From: a virus
Taxonomy: Duplodnaviria; Caudoviricetes
Virus record (IMG/VR): IMGVR_UViG_3300027976_000036
Coordinates: 143-64,142 of that record
Strand: one strand, 5' to 3'
Length of the DNA stretch: 64,000 nt
In this document: positions 41,001 to 50,939 of the stretch, piece by piece
Numbering within the stretch: position 1 is the first letter of the stretch
Layout of the letters: each line of letters begins with the position of its first letter
Notes under the pieces: model-generated
Database searches by the model: none
The model's input: only the letters and a program-made list of their open reading frames with translations
Told to the model about the DNA's origin: nothing
Position numbers and translations under genes: made by a program

Positions 41001-44000
41001 TCAGGATTTGCATCGCTATTACCCTCTAAGAAATAAAGCATATTTTCAACACTATTATTCATACTGGCTCGTATTGCAACAATTTCCTCTAGATAAACAG
41101 ATGGGAGAACATTGGCATTGCCAGAGGTTTCTCTTGAAAGCTTTTTCATTCTATTGGTGATTTCCAATATTTCTTTTTTAATGTCTTCTATTTGTACAAT
41201 TATTATTCTGCCATCAGCATCTAGATCTTCATATGAATCGACATTTAACTCTTCTAAAATATCATAATAATGCTTTAATTCTTCTTGTTTATCATCAAGC
41301 AAAGTTCTTAAAAGATCCATCTGATTACTGTCTTCTAATAATCTTTCTTTGATATATAATCTATCTGCATTTTTTTCAAATTCTTCTTTATAATCTTGAA
41401 TAAAATTATTATCTTCAGCATTTTGGCTTATTTTGCTTTCGCTCATTTCTTTTCTTGATAACTTACGACCCTTTAGGATTTTTTCTAATATTTCTTCTGG
41501 AATATCGATATAGTTTTCAATTTTGACTTCAGGTGTGCCCTCATCGTTAAACTTTACTATATTTATATGATTTTTTATAAACTCATAAGCTTCTTGTACC
41601 AATTCTTCTCCGACTGGTATGAAAGTTTTTCTGTATTCTCTTTCTTCTTCTTGTGTTTCAAAAACTGGTTTAGCTTTATAGTTTTCTTTATATTCATCAT
41701 CTTCTCTGATATAAGCTATATCAATACCAATATTTTTTAAAAATGAATCATCTGTAAATTTATAATTTTTCTTTTGTGCAATCTTTCTGCCTTCTTTAGT
41801 TAATCCAATTGCAGAAAATAAAAGTGAATTATTTAAACCTAAATCGCTAACGTGAAGTGATTTAGTTTCATCTCCAAAATCTTCAAAGATATCTTTGATA
41901 TAATATGCACAAATAGATTTAAACCTACTTGACTCTTTAAATTGTTTAAATAACATAGTAAATTCAGGAACCAATTTATCATTTTTATTTTTATTATTTA
42001 AGATAATAATTTCTTTATTATCTTCTGTTAATTTTGCTTTGTCTTCATCAGATAAATCTTTATTGATTTTTTTCAATGGAAGAATGTTGTCTTCTGAATT
42101 CCATCTATCAATTGCTTCTTTATTTACTTTACAAAAATCTTTAACAATCATTCTTTCAAGATCAGAAGAAGACACCCCTGAACTTGATGAAGTTTGTCCA
42201 TTGAATCTTCTCTCAATCATATTCATCGTCAAGCGTCTACGTGCAGCCGTTTGACGATGCTTGGCGACTACCTGCTCTGACATGGCCGTGAGGACCGCCA
42301 ATTCCTTGTCTACGACCTCTTCTCCACCCTCGATGCGGTGCGAGATAAGCCGCGACAGCTTCATACAATCAGCAATCAACGCTTGTGTTTGTTCTACATA
42401 AATATCATATGATTCTTTTATCTCTCTATCTATTTCACCATAATTTTCATGTATGATTTTTAACTTAGCTGAAGAACTTTCCGTTCTACCACTATTACCA
42501 TTTGTGAAAATAGATGTTAAGTATTCAGAAGTTTCATCAATATTCGTTTGAATACTATAAATACTTGTAGTAATGTTCTGTATATTTTCATATTTTTCGA
42601 TGATTAATCTAAGAAAATCTGATTTATTATACTGATGAATTCTTTTCATTTCTATAGGAGAAGGTACATATTCCATTAATAAATTAACCAAAACCTCTAG
42701 TTCATTTTTATCTAATGCCACTTCTCTATTCATATTAAACATTGTATTAATCAATGAAATTACGAAAGGGAAACCATTTTCACTTTGAGAAATGAGACCC
42801 CCTGCATAAGCTAATGTTTTATTCCCATTTTGTTTTACAAAATCTTTAATTGAAGAAAAATCTACAATATTAGGAACATCATTCATATTAAGTTCTTCAA
42901 GGACTTTATTATATTTTGTTCTATTGTTTGGGTTTGTATCCTTAACTCTGGCAGAATATAGTTTCATAAATTGATTAATATTTAAACCAAAATTACTCCC
43001 TATTTCTTCTAATAGATTTTTATATACGTTTTCTGCTTCCGGGAGTGTTTCCGTAAAATGAACTTGGTGAAGGTTGGATATTTTACCACCTATCTTATCA
43101 AAATTGATAGATAATAACTGCTGGACTTTCCAAAACCCACAAATAGATTTTAATTGTTTAATAATTGAAACATCTCTAATTGTATCGAATTCTTTTTCTT
43201 TTCTATCCCATTCTTTTAGAAGCTCATTAAACTCGTTTCTTTTTTCAAAAAGAAAGTTTTGGTCAATAAAGTCTTCAGTAAATTTTTTGCCGAGTGCTGA
43301 GGATTTGTTAGATAGTCTTTTAGTGTTTACTTTTTTATACCCTTCTAAGTTTCCATCTTTGTAGATAGCCACATCAGCCATGTCCAAGTTTGAATTTCGG
43401 GCATTTTTTTGTTGTTCTAGAATTTCATCTAATTTATCTTGAGTATCCTTCTCAAAAGCAAGTGACTGAATTTCATAAAGATATTCGTCTTTTATTTTTG
43501 ATTTCAAATCACTTTCCGTATATAAGGAATTATCATAACTAGACGGATTAATGTCTAATCTTAGTTTTTCATCAATTTCCTCTTCTAGTTTAGCAGTAAA
43601 TTCATTAAGTGCTGCTTCTTGCTCTATTCCAAAATTGTCTTTCTCAAATTTCTTTTTCTCTGCAATTTCAGAAATTGCATTTTCGTCGTTTTTGCTTTCG
43701 TAAACTATATCACTTTTTAAAGTTTCCCACTCTTCTTTAATTTCATTAATTTTATATAATTTTTTGATCTTATCAAGTGTTTCATCTTGTTCGATATCAA
43801 CAACAAGTTTTTCAATATATGGATCTAAAAGTGTTTCTTTTAATTCTTTTAATTTGTAAGATGAATTATCTAGATTTTCATCATTTACAAATCCTGTATG
43901 TAATTTTGCTAATGTATCTGCATTTGGATTATAGTTAAAGTAAAAATCTAATGCAGATACAGCGTGATTTTTTCTCATTAATAAAACATGCATATGAAGT

Positions 44001-47000
44001 AGAATTGGAATTTGGTATTTCTTTTCGTCTGTTTTATCTTGATATTCAACTGTTTCATCGCTATTTAGAATCTCGTTTAAACTGATACTTACATCTTTTC
44101 CGTCAACTTTTTTCTCCATAATATCTTTATACGATCTATTATCAGTTGTATAAATTGAAGTATTTCCTGACAAAATTTCATTATAGAAATCTAAATGTTG
44201 TTCTTTAAGTTTTTCTAATTGGGCATATCTCTCTTTTTTAACGCCTTTTAATTCATTATTCTTATATCTGGTATATTCTGTATTCATAATTATATAGAAT
44301 ATAAATGTAGTAATATTGTTCTTTAAATTTAACAACGTTCTTGCTAAATTATCAACATCATTTATTTGGGTAGACGTGCCTGTTGGCAACATATTCGTTA
44401 AGTCAGTGTACATATTCTGACTATTGATCATAACTTTTTCGAGAATTGATAATTCGGCTTTCATTTGAACAAATTTTTCAGCCGTCCCTGAATCAATTTG
44501 CTTAACTACTTGCGGTACATTTCCAACTGCTGTAAGACCATTTTTTTTGATATCTTCCTCTTTCTTCTCGGATGCACTTCCAATAAAACTATTTACGAAT
44601 TTGGCCAGATTCTCTCTTACTTCAGGAGACATTTGTGTTCTAGCAATTTTTTTGTTAAATTTATCAAAGTGTTCTATTCCTGAATTATTTAGCATTTCAA
44701 CAACTAAATCTTGAGGAATATCAAACAACTCATCAAAAACAGGAAGTAATACTTTCATAATACTGTTGATAGCTTTACCGTCTTGCTTCATTCGTGGTAA
44801 ACTAATCATCATTAGTTTATTATATTCATCATGAAAATCACTCAATACTCTGTCTTTAGACTCTCCAGTAAAAGAAAACTCAATAAAGTGATTGAATTTA
44901 TTAAGAATTTCGTCTTTCTCTATTGTTTTTCTGTTTAAAATTTCTTCTAGTTTTATTATTTGATCATCAAATAATTTTAATTTTGTTTTTTCATCATCAC
45001 TTAGAGATAAACTATAACCCCCTAAAGATTGTGCTAATTCTTCACGAGCTTCAGTTGTTAAAAATATTTCAATATTAATATTTGATTGAAATTTTTTAAA
45101 TGTTTCTTTTACGGAATCAATATAAGATTCTGTTTTAAGTTTACCAACTGATTTTAGATGAAACAACTCTGTAATTAAATTTTCTTTATCCTTCTCAGTT
45201 GGACTACCTGTCTCTTTTTGAATGTCTTGAGCTTTTGATAGATTATCAAAAAATACCACAGAAGTTTCTCTTACAAAATCTTCAATAGCTTGCAAATCGT
45301 TATTAGATTTAATAAATTGATTAAGCGTAACATTAATAACATCATTTAATTTCGTGAAAAGATTTTGTAGTACTTCTGTTTTGTTTGATAATTCTCTTAA
45401 TGTTTCAAAGGATTTCCCCAATAAAACAAATTCTGTTTTAATATTTTCTGAATTTGTTTCCACACCAATATCAATTTTCAATACATTTGCAAGTTGTTTA
45501 AATCCACTTTCTTCGTTGGAGTTTAACAATTTCACGAAGTTTTTAATAAAACCAGAGCTTTCTGTTGGCGTATTTGTTTTTGTATTTTCAATTTTCTTAG
45601 CAACAGTGGCTAAAGTAATCCACTCATTAATTTTAGCTAATTCAATAATTTTATCTGTATTATCTTTAATTTTTTGATTTAGTTCATCAATTTTCGTAAC
45701 ATCAACTTCTTCAATATTCGCAACATCTACTTCTTTATCATAGGGTGTTATAAACATTGAACCATCAGCGGTTAAAATAGTTTTTTCAAAGTCAATCATT
45801 GACTCTCTTATTGCACTATTAAATTTCTTAAAATATGCAACATACTCAGAAAGCTTGGTAAATTCTTTTACTTCTACAGTTCCATCTTCGTTTACTGTTG
45901 CTCTATTTGTGCCTAATGATAAAATAATTTTTTTCACTAATAGATCGTTTTCTGATCTGTTAACTTTTAAGTGGTTGACAAGCTTGATTAAAAATTCATC
46001 ATTATCCACATCTAAGGGGGCGGCTCCATCGTGATATTTGATTGCACGTTCTTTCTGTGTATCAATCAGTTTCGGCAAGATTCTTAAAACCTCTTGATTT
46101 GAAGCAAAAGAGTTTTCTGGCGTCTTTGATGGGTAAATTCTATCAATTAATTCAACAAATTTAGCTAAATCATAATTGTCTTTACTTAGATTTTTTAATA
46201 CTGTAACAAGAAAATTAGCTGATATATTATTTAGTGGCCTATCAGTTGGGTTCTCATCCATTCTATAAGAAAAAATTCTGTTCACAAATGAATCGTTAAG
46301 ATTAGATTCAACTGTTAGTTTACCCAATCTATCGCGGAGAACATTTCTTTTTTCAATTTCATTCTCTGCAATAGCTTTTCTTAATATCTCTGTTTTTTTA
46401 TACAGTGAAGATCTGAATTCATTGTATTCTCGAATTTGTTCATTTTTATCTTCTTCTGAAATGGTTCCTCGTGATAGTTCATTGCTTAGATTTACAACAA
46501 ATTTATTATATTGTTGATTTTTTTCATCTAACCAATCTTGAAAAAATTTCAAATTTAATATCGCATTGATTGGAATATTTAAAGACATATATTCTTTAAC
46601 ATATTTCAATTTACGATTAATTGGTGAAGAATCTAATACTTCACCAATTTTATCAAAAATAGCATTTTTTTCTTTTCTATCACTAGATAAAAATTCTTCT
46701 CTTTTCAGATTAATAACTAATTTTTCGTTTTCTTTCTGTCTTCTTTTTTCGCTATCTGATAATAAATTGGTATATACATCAATTAATGTACTGTAATCAC
46801 AGTAATCTAGTCTCTCCAATTGATCTAATTCTTCTTTTAATGCTGTTCTTTTCTTTCTCTTTTTATTGGTTGCCCCAACAATATAGTTCAATGATCTTGT
46901 TACATCTTCTTCGTCAAGATCAAGTAACCAATATTCTGTCTTTTGAGTATCTATTAACGCTTCAATTTCCAAAGAAATAATATTATAATCTATGGTTTTT

Positions 47001-50000
47001 AAATTCTGGTGAACTCCTTGCATTTTTTTGTTAACAACTTGAAACGCTTTTAGGATATCTTCTTTTTCTGGGTCTTGTGATAGTCTGCCCACAATGTCAT
47101 TGAGTTTTAATACAAATCCTGACAATATATTATTTGAGAACGCATTAATTTCTTTTGCAAATTGAGACTCTCCATAATCAACTTTAGTAATTCCAAAATC
47201 ATTATTGTTAATATGAAAATGAATTTCAGCCATAGCTGAAGTCAACACCTTGAGATAAAACGTCATTTCATCTTCGTTCACTTTAGACAACAAAGGATTA
47301 TTTGTTTTTAGTGTAGAAAATTGATTAAGAATTCCGAGATTGTAAATCATTCTTTGATTTATAACTCTTGGAATGTCTTGAAATTGTAAATTCTCTTTAC
47401 TGACAGGTGTTACTGTTCTTTTTAGTAAATCATAATCCCCAAACATAAAATTATATATAATAGAATTGTGTTCTACATTTGCTTTTGGAAGCACCGTAAT
47501 TGGAAATACGTTACTAGAAACGCTCTGAATCTTTTTAGATAATAATGAAATTGGCTCCAATTTCACTTTAGAGATATTTCCAATTACTTCCAAAAGTTTA
47601 GGGATTTCTATACCCAATTCTTTATAGTTTTTTGCAAGATCATATGGCGTGAAGAAAACCTGCAAAGATGGATTTCCTGTTTTAATAATATCTAAATTGT
47701 CAATATCAATAATTTTACTATTTGTTGCGGTATTTGTTCTTTTTGCAAATTCAGATAGTTGGTTTAGATATTCATACATTTTAAGCTTCATTCTTAATTC
47801 CAATTCTTCTAACTTGGAATTGAAATTGGCGGTATTTTCAATTGATTCTCTAATATTATCACTTTCTTCATTGTATGAATTTTCATACAAGTGATTAATT
47901 TCTCTAGATACGACGAGAATTTCTTGACGTAAAGAGTTTTTACTTGGTGCTCTTGTCGCCGTTATTTGAGAAATTCTCCACTCTTCTTCTTTCGCTATTA
48001 ATTCTTTTTCTAATTTGTTTTTATGGTAATTAAGAGATTTAATTTCTTGCTTATCAGAAGTTGTAATAAGTTTTTCTTTGATTTTTTCTAAAGATTTTTC
48101 TAGTTTTTCAGCTTCTTTTTCTGCTTTATCTGCTTTATCTGTGGATACATTAGTATAAAACTGGGGAATGGCTGGGTTCTTATCGTCAAATCCTGTATTC
48201 TGTAGTAAGTCTAACAGCATTTTAGAAATACCAGAAGCGGCATCTTGTTTTTTAAATAAATTAATAAACTTAGAAAATCCTTGCATCATTGCATTTATTT
48301 CGCTGGAGAAGAATTCCACATCGTTAAATTCATAAATTGATTCCAATTCATTTAATAACAGTTCTACTTCAAGTCGTTTGCTTACATCTACTACATATTT
48401 ATTATCTTCAGGGTTCAATGATTTAAAGAGCCTATCTCTAACTGCATTCACATAATATACAATATACAATAATGAAAAACTAATATATTCATTTTCATTT
48501 TCTAAATCACCAATTATATATTGGTTATTATTTAAGTTAGAGTAATCCTGTTTTCTTGTGATCGTTGTGAAGACGTCTAGGACTGCATTGAGGGCGTCTT
48601 GGTGCTCTTCGGGTATGACTAGTTGATCAGGGGCACCCATAGTGCTCTTGATTGTTTCTAGGCGTCTTCTCTTCTCTTTTTCTACATAGGCTCCTGTTTT
48701 CTCAAACTGTCTAGCGGCCTCATCAACAAACTTGAATTCTTTTTGAGTTTTGTCAAATGCATCAAATGTTGATCTTAGAAATAAATCCCCATTTTTAATA
48801 GGTCCTGAAACTTGTTCGAAATAATCCTTCCATTCATTCTTAATTGAATCTAATTGTTGGAAATCTTCTTCGGTCAAGAATTTTTTAATATAGAAGTTTG
48901 GAGCAATATTAAACTTTTCACTACTTGTTTTTGCATTCTTAAGTGTAAATGGAAGCAAATCTAATCTTGAAATTTTTTCATCTGTTAATTTTGAAGTTAA
49001 TATATTAGAAATTCTATCAACAGTATCTTTCCCAATTTTGGAATTAATAATATTTAAACTTCTTAGAATATTTAAATCAGTTCTGTTCAAATCTAAGACA
49101 GTTAAAATATTAGCAATTTTAACAATTTCAACATTTAGTTCATCTGAAACCTCTGGAGTTTCTTTGATTTCTTCATGAATACTCTTGATTTTATCAGTAA
49201 TACCATCTTTTACTGTATTCGTAATTCTCAAATTATGAATAATAAAACAAAGAGTTTTATGATCATTTTTCAGGATATCGATTAGATTGTTTTTAACATC
49301 TAGTGTTCTTGTATTCATCCCTTCTAAGGCTCTAGTAGTTTGGTTATTAAAAGCTTTCGCATCTTTAATAAGAAGATAGATTCTATTTAACCTTTCGTTC
49401 ATTTTTTTAACATCATAAACTTTAAATTTATTTAATATGTTATTTTGATCTTGAAAGATTTTATTAATTTTATTAATATCGAAATAAAATTCACCTTGTT
49501 TATAATATTTACTAATATATTCGAATTTTGTTTCTGGTTTATTAATTTCCGAACCCGCAAGTTCACAAAGAATGTTGATTAATTTTCTGAATATTTTATC
49601 TTCATTTGAATCAAATTTTTCAATAAAATCTTCTTTATTGTTAATAAATCTAAAATTCATTAATAATGATTCTTTATTAACTAAGAAATCAATTGAAATA
49701 AAATCTTCATAATACTTAATTTTCTGATTAACATTATCTAATTTGTCGATTTCTTTATCTATTTCTTCTTGAATTAAAGCAATTGTGTTGGGGTTATTGT
49801 TCTCCACAATATATCTATTAAGGTCTTTAATTTCTTCTTTGTCAAAAATAAATTTTGACAATTGAATATAATATTTTTTGTCACTACCTTCGCTTGGAAA
49901 ATTCTCTTCAAATGATTCAATTGAATCTGAGTTTTTTAATCTTCTTATGAGATCGGTACTTCCATCAATTTTATAAGATAGTTTTTGGCGTTCATGTAAT

Positions 50001-50341
50001 AGATAGATATAGTAATCTTTACCATATCCTTCATCTACCTTTCTGTCTGCATCTTTTTTTGCGTCGATTCCTTCACTGGTATCGCTATCGCCAACAGATA
50101 AAGCAGAATTTAAACCAGAATTTTTAAAGTAAAAATTAACATCACAAGGCATAAAAGAATTTATTTTTGGAAGATCATATAATCTAACTTTTTCAACCCT
50201 AAAACCTGACTTGCTTTTTATATGTAAATCTTGGTATTTGGCTCTAATTTCAAGAGCCCTTTCAATTAGACCTCTTTTATTTTCTTCTAATACTTTATTT
50301 AAAGCCTTGTTTTCTTTTCTTCCGGTGTTGCTTACAGACAT
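35078..50341 (-). CDS. Giant (~5,087 aa) coiled-coil-rich protein of unknown function, possibly virion-associated
   Basis: Uninterrupted 15.3-kb ORF. ATG at 50341 follows AAAGGA, and ACTATTTA lies upstream. E/K/N/I-rich. Confidence 0.85.
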   Translation of the reverse strand: MSVSNTGRKENKALNKVLEENKRGLIERALEIRAKYQDLHIKSKSGFRVEKVRLYDLPKINSFMPCDVNFYFKNSGLNSALSVGDSDTSEGIDAKKDADRKVDEGYGKDYYIYLLHERQKLSYKIDGSTDLIRRLKNSDSIESFEENFPSEGSDKKYYIQLSKFIFDKEEIKDLNRYIVENNNPNTIALIQEEIDKEIDKLDNVNQKIKYYEDFISIDFLVNKESLLMNFRFINNKEDFIEKFDSNEDKIFRKLINILCELAGSEINKPETKFEYISKYYKQGEFYFDINKINKIFQDQNNILNKFKVYDVKKMNERLNRIYLLIKDAKAFNNQTTRALEGMNTRTLDVKNNLIDILKNDHKTLCFIIHNLRITNTVKDGITDKIKSIHEEIKETPEVSDELNVEIVKIANILTVLDLNRTDLNILRSLNIINSKIGKDTVDRISNILTSKLTDEKISRLDLLPFTLKNAKTSSEKFNIAPNFYIKKFLTEEDFQQLDSIKNEWKDYFEQVSGPIKNGDLFLRSTFDAFDKTQKEFKFVDEAARQFEKTGAYVEKEKRRRLETIKSTMGAPDQLVIPEEHQDALNAVLDVFTTITRKQDYSNLNNNQYIIGDLENENEYISFSLLYIVYYVNAVRDRLFKSLNPEDNKYVVDVSKRLEVELLLNELESIYEFNDVEFFSSEINAMMQGFSKFINLFKKQDAASGISKMLLDLLQNTGFDDKNPAIPQFYTNVSTDKADKAEKEAEKLEKSLEKIKEKLITTSDKQEIKSLNYHKNKLEKELIAKEEEWRISQITATRAPSKNSLRQEILVVSREINHLYENSYNEESDNIRESIENTANFNSKLEELELRMKLKMYEYLNQLSEFAKRTNTATNSKIIDIDNLDIIKTGNPSLQVFFTPYDLAKNYKELGIEIPKLLEVIGNISKVKLEPISLLSKKIQSVSSNVFPITVLPKANVEHNSIIYNFMFGDYDLLKRTVTPVSKENLQFQDIPRVINQRMIYNLGILNQFSTLKTNNPLLSKVNEDEMTFYLKVLTSAMAEIHFHINNNDFGITKVDYGESQFAKEINAFSNNILSGFVLKLNDIVGRLSQDPEKEDILKAFQVVNKKMQGVHQNLKTIDYNIISLEIEALIDTQKTEYWLLDLDEEDVTRSLNYIVGATNKKRKKRTALKEELDQLERLDYCDYSTLIDVYTNLLSDSEKRRQKENEKLVINLKREEFLSSDRKEKNAIFDKIGEVLDSSPINRKLKYVKEYMSLNIPINAILNLKFFQDWLDEKNQQYNKFVVNLSNELSRGTISEEDKNEQIREYNEFRSSLYKKTEILRKAIAENEIEKRNVLRDRLGKLTVESNLNDSFVNRIFSYRMDENPTDRPLNNISANFLVTVLKNLSKDNYDLAKFVELIDRIYPSKTPENSFASNQEVLRILPKLIDTQKERAIKYHDGAAPLDVDNDEFLIKLVNHLKVNRSENDLLVKKIILSLGTNRATVNEDGTVEVKEFTKLSEYVAYFKKFNSAIRESMIDFEKTILTADGSMFITPYDKEVDVANIEEVDVTKIDELNQKIKDNTDKIIELAKINEWITLATVAKKIENTKTNTPTESSGFIKNFVKLLNSNEESGFKQLANVLKIDIGVETNSENIKTEFVLLGKSFETLRELSNKTEVLQNLFTKLNDVINVTLNQFIKSNNDLQAIEDFVRETSVVFFDNLSKAQDIQKETGSPTEKDKENLITELFHLKSVGKLKTESYIDSVKETFKKFQSNINIEIFLTTEAREELAQSLGGYSLSLSDDEKTKLKLFDDQIIKLEEILNRKTIEKDEILNKFNHFIEFSFTGESKDRVLSDFHDEYNKLMMISLPRMKQDGKAINSIMKVLLPVFDELFDIPQDLVVEMLNNSGIEHFDKFNKKIARTQMSPEVRENLAKFVNSFIGSASEKKEEDIKKNGLTAVGNVPQVVKQIDSGTAEKFVQMKAELSILEKVMINSQNMYTDLTNMLPTGTSTQINDVDNLARTLLNLKNNITTFIFYIIMNTEYTRYKNNELKGVKKERYAQLEKLKEQHLDFYNEILSGNTSIYTTDNRSYKDIMEKKVDGKDVSISLNEILNSDETVEYQDKTDEKKYQIPILLHMHVLLMRKNHAVSALDFYFNYNPNADTLAKLHTGFVNDENLDNSSYKLKELKETLLDPYIEKLVVDIEQDETLDKIKKLYKINEIKEEWETLKSDIVYESKNDENAISEIAEKKKFEKDNFGIEQEAALNEFTAKLEEEIDEKLRLDINPSSYDNSLYTESDLKSKIKDEYLYEIQSLAFEKDTQDKLDEILEQQKNARNSNLDMADVAIYKDGNLEGYKKVNTKRLSNKSSALGKKFTEDFIDQNFLFEKRNEFNELLKEWDRKEKEFDTIRDVSIIKQLKSICGFWKVQQLLSINFDKIGGKISNLHQVHFTETLPEAENVYKNLLEEIGSNFGLNINQFMKLYSARVKDTNPNNRTKYNKVLEELNMNDVPNIVDFSSIKDFVKQNGNKTLAYAGGLISQSENGFPFVISLINTMFNMNREVALDKNELEVLVNLLMEYVPSPIEMKRIHQYNKSDFLRLIIEKYENIQNITTSIYSIQTNIDETSEYLTSIFTNGNSGRTESSSAKLKIIHENYGEIDREIKESYDIYVEQTQALIADCMKLSRLISHRIEGGEEVVDKELAVLTAMSEQVVAKHRQTAARRRLTMNMIERRFNGQTSSSSGVSSSDLERMIVKDFCKVNKEAIDRWNSEDNILPLKKINKDLSDEDKAKLTEDNKEIIILNNKNKNDKLVPEFTMLFKQFKESSRFKSICAYYIKDIFEDFGDETKSLHVSDLGLNNSLLFSAIGLTKEGRKIAQKKNYKFTDDSFLKNIGIDIAYIREDDEYKENYKAKPVFETQEEEREYRKTFIPVGEELVQEAYEFIKNHINIVKFNDEGTPEVKIENYIDIPEEILEKILKGRKLSRKEMSESKISQNAEDNNFIQDYKEEFEKNADRLYIKERLLEDSNQMDLLRTLLDDKQEELKHYYDILEELNVDSYEDLDADGRIIIVQIEDIKKEILEITNRMKKLSRETSGNANVLPSVYLEEIVAIRASMNNSVENMLYFLEGNSDANPDDADKITKGLLPKIDSIAKNIKAGKTLVDYLKSFVTIDQIRLKMKLTSIESEQIDLSLNNQGDYPLERFNEYRDNSKELSERYKQHAKNGFLDNKESSDLYTKSKELVEEYSNASEVVNRNIADIRAEKTIMGDKITVNVVTLFREFINIFFKNNGINVAILQRITMELRNRITVEDVKQKTTEIKSDTIESAGQDLVDFHLSTSSQTSKNFETEKDYTIDSNFKAKFQLKSDKLGNKRNKKDYSDVIENNSKSLDEILKITEFLVSKKTPFSYNLELNKFRKDLEKKLEENNELMKEASSISQKYTEEKQNIISQSGLGNVVRNRIIADYEGRDHVSFKKETEEYSDLIDEKEILGKEYRELGEEFGKKKAEAKDREEPLDPKVLEEYQEKETLLKAQLNKVGRDIDSKNSFRNFENLASKNIFMALKKIIDEYLRRGSYLRNKLRDRDIDIDIFEGFKNCVMMFISQANSSTLKERDINSNLGAIKKLYNYLIKTIIATNTNKSVFGKGRENRRDMDKFDKDLQEFIKHLKIVNSAIFTSEDEDEHAPENELKEDEIDRLDRNHYRRVRINNKESFDSTINKYFTISKIKNLIESEEEETLESFVGINNINNTTFSFDIGAVPDTSSSKFKALVKDVKVMEANKDYYESKLEEAFAEFFGKTRITNNQVDQGEDGKRIFKEVVLDYLIQVNILLEENISNVDIENIILDLDPFLKNIRSDQASLQGKIKSLTTLTVDTEASVSTPFIADTEQTRQYQKVKGELFRLFKSRQHTQEKIDRAKESLENEGVLDQQIRGANSSITRNTNILNNIELEIDAKTVVLKALESGDPENRSVVVHKVRKDEFQKIVDLAKPITGGEYLSMDPKYSSGNAFINMFARQNSGKGQYNGYLTSIDIFKINNSLYIIPEVVYNVYLSLKNYTKICDEDLEQNNIDDYVVFIDEVSTVLIEIICSLNNISPTLSHDEKITQIKEKNLSKIYGGSFSDDGVSRNVEAIIQAVKKSELSNIFSAFFNNFEPFKTIKPLFDSKVGKIKTTIDNIDKIILKSKVKVNEEQDDKLVEAKIKLALKDVEIDKMNKYDAEYRTAYAVWKSIGDASAPKPKIENFENISKFAVALAEMKTERTDLQFVVTELMFKNEALREFDEPIITSDARESYINISVSIIRVDKDIEDIKQEITNIQNSTESDGLKGITVLVSEIEKLEKSIETMEEKSVELFSKNINAFRELIRSLQLNLSLISEEKRKREVEILALEAKKLELESILKEYEDSDTSSGQELDELIILKANILSSAEDVVKQRKNIEENKKQTQKIYFTTPREKIVNDSLTNQFEIDLSIEDDKDFLYTISDHVMSMYNNDAVHRNHKNSGADKKFGTHNTARMKVRLDGGDYSFNQFVNLTRQFRPKIILNYKEYLISLIESISDETILENVKANKKTFKKYLKTKEEIESSEISCSKKEDELGLTKNNSGSALVLYKEKMLELGVGDDKTFKEDESFIEIMKTAKELNKISIPDYSELEIDEDNPEQSREKLMEIMDSLEEYMDKLSLHLFDFYKIKFKVANIEERFIRKINLATKIYSNNSLDESNELLEKLITICQDDEKLEQNYDVDTMINNYKRSYNMPSESNSNHVISDESLEIISNFIKTKIIEEIKLETYAKINLISDLLSFYSESENNSELIVVFNNLKDQYSIIKNNYIENLNNYGKEDSVFFDTEISSRLGTSGERFIRDIKLEITDKIKILSRGKINQSDKKLQKEYSEFMNYLTHEESGIIPKSKAEVLRSITGMDEELKTKKTEKQKTDEGMVDSNNSVVENLKKKIARLEIEGESKIEEYRKIMKLQSYFSDFTFEDYIKMRKETLEGIRIGLRVAILKSRKPKDQVEGAVSLGTPKVISRTPVTLSTDTPREYPKAPSYSEQESDLNRVRDADALEKAKLNLHQLEAALKKTPEGEKKDQLTLRVQIARNTRELLQTKADK

Positions 50342-50493
50342 TACTTTATATTCCTTTGAGCGCAAGTGTACTCATGATAAATAGTCTAAGAAGGTGCTAA
50401 ATTAAGCTTTTCTTGGACTATTGATGTAAAAATGGTGCATGGAATACCATGTCATTGCACCTTGCGCAGCTATTATGATTCTCACAGTGAAAC

Positions 50494-50643
50494 TTACATT
50501 TCAATGATTATGGTACCACTATCTTCTTCTTCTTCTTCTTCCTTTTCTTTTTCTAATTGTCTTATATATTCTTCTGGTAAGATGTGATAAGTTGGTATTT
50601 CTAAATATAAATATTCGTAATTATTCAAAATATATTTCTCCAT
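50494..50643 (-). CDS. Small acidic hypothetical protein
   Basis: MEKYIL...EEEEEDSGTIIIEM. Start overlaps the upstream ORF. Confidence 0.5.
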   Translation of the reverse strand: MEKYILNNYEYLYLEIPTYHILPEEYIRQLEKEKEEEEEEDSGTIIIEM

Positions 50644-50875
50644 ATTCGTACGGAATTTTCGTTTTAATTGACCATCCATTTTTAATAGTCAATTTTTCTT
50701 CATCTGATAGAATTTTCATAAATTCTTCTATATCATTTTGGCATCTATCTTTATATAATCTTGCCGACCTCCTATCAAATAAATAGTTTCCACTATAGAT
50801 TATAAGATCACCTATTGAATTGAGGTAAATTGTAACGTCAATTAATTTGGGACTTTTTTCGTTTAATTCATTCAT
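50621..50875 (-). CDS. Hypothetical protein
   Basis: ORF with CAGGA upstream. Confidence 0.55.
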   Translation of the reverse strand: MNELNEKSPKLIDVTIYLNSIGDLIIYSGNYLFDRRSARLYKDRCQNDIEEFMKILSDEEKLTIKNGWSIKTKIPYEYGEIYFE

Positions 50876-50898
50876 TCATTCATTCCTGTTCGTGGCAA

Positions 50899-50936
50899 AT
50901 AAAAAAAATGGAAAAAGCCGAAACTTTTTCCATTTT
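50899..50936 (-). terminator. Intrinsic terminator
   Basis: AAAATGGAAAAAG-TTTCGG-CTTTTTCCATTTT plus a T-run on the - strand. Confidence 0.7.
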
Positions 50937-50939
50937 AAA

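Noticed and set aside
35078-50341. Firm call of virion RNA polymerase or tape measure
   Set aside because: There is no NADFDGD/DFDxD in a convincing context (DIDID and DLDAD occur in generally acidic sequence) and no tape-measure repeats or neighbouring tail genes.
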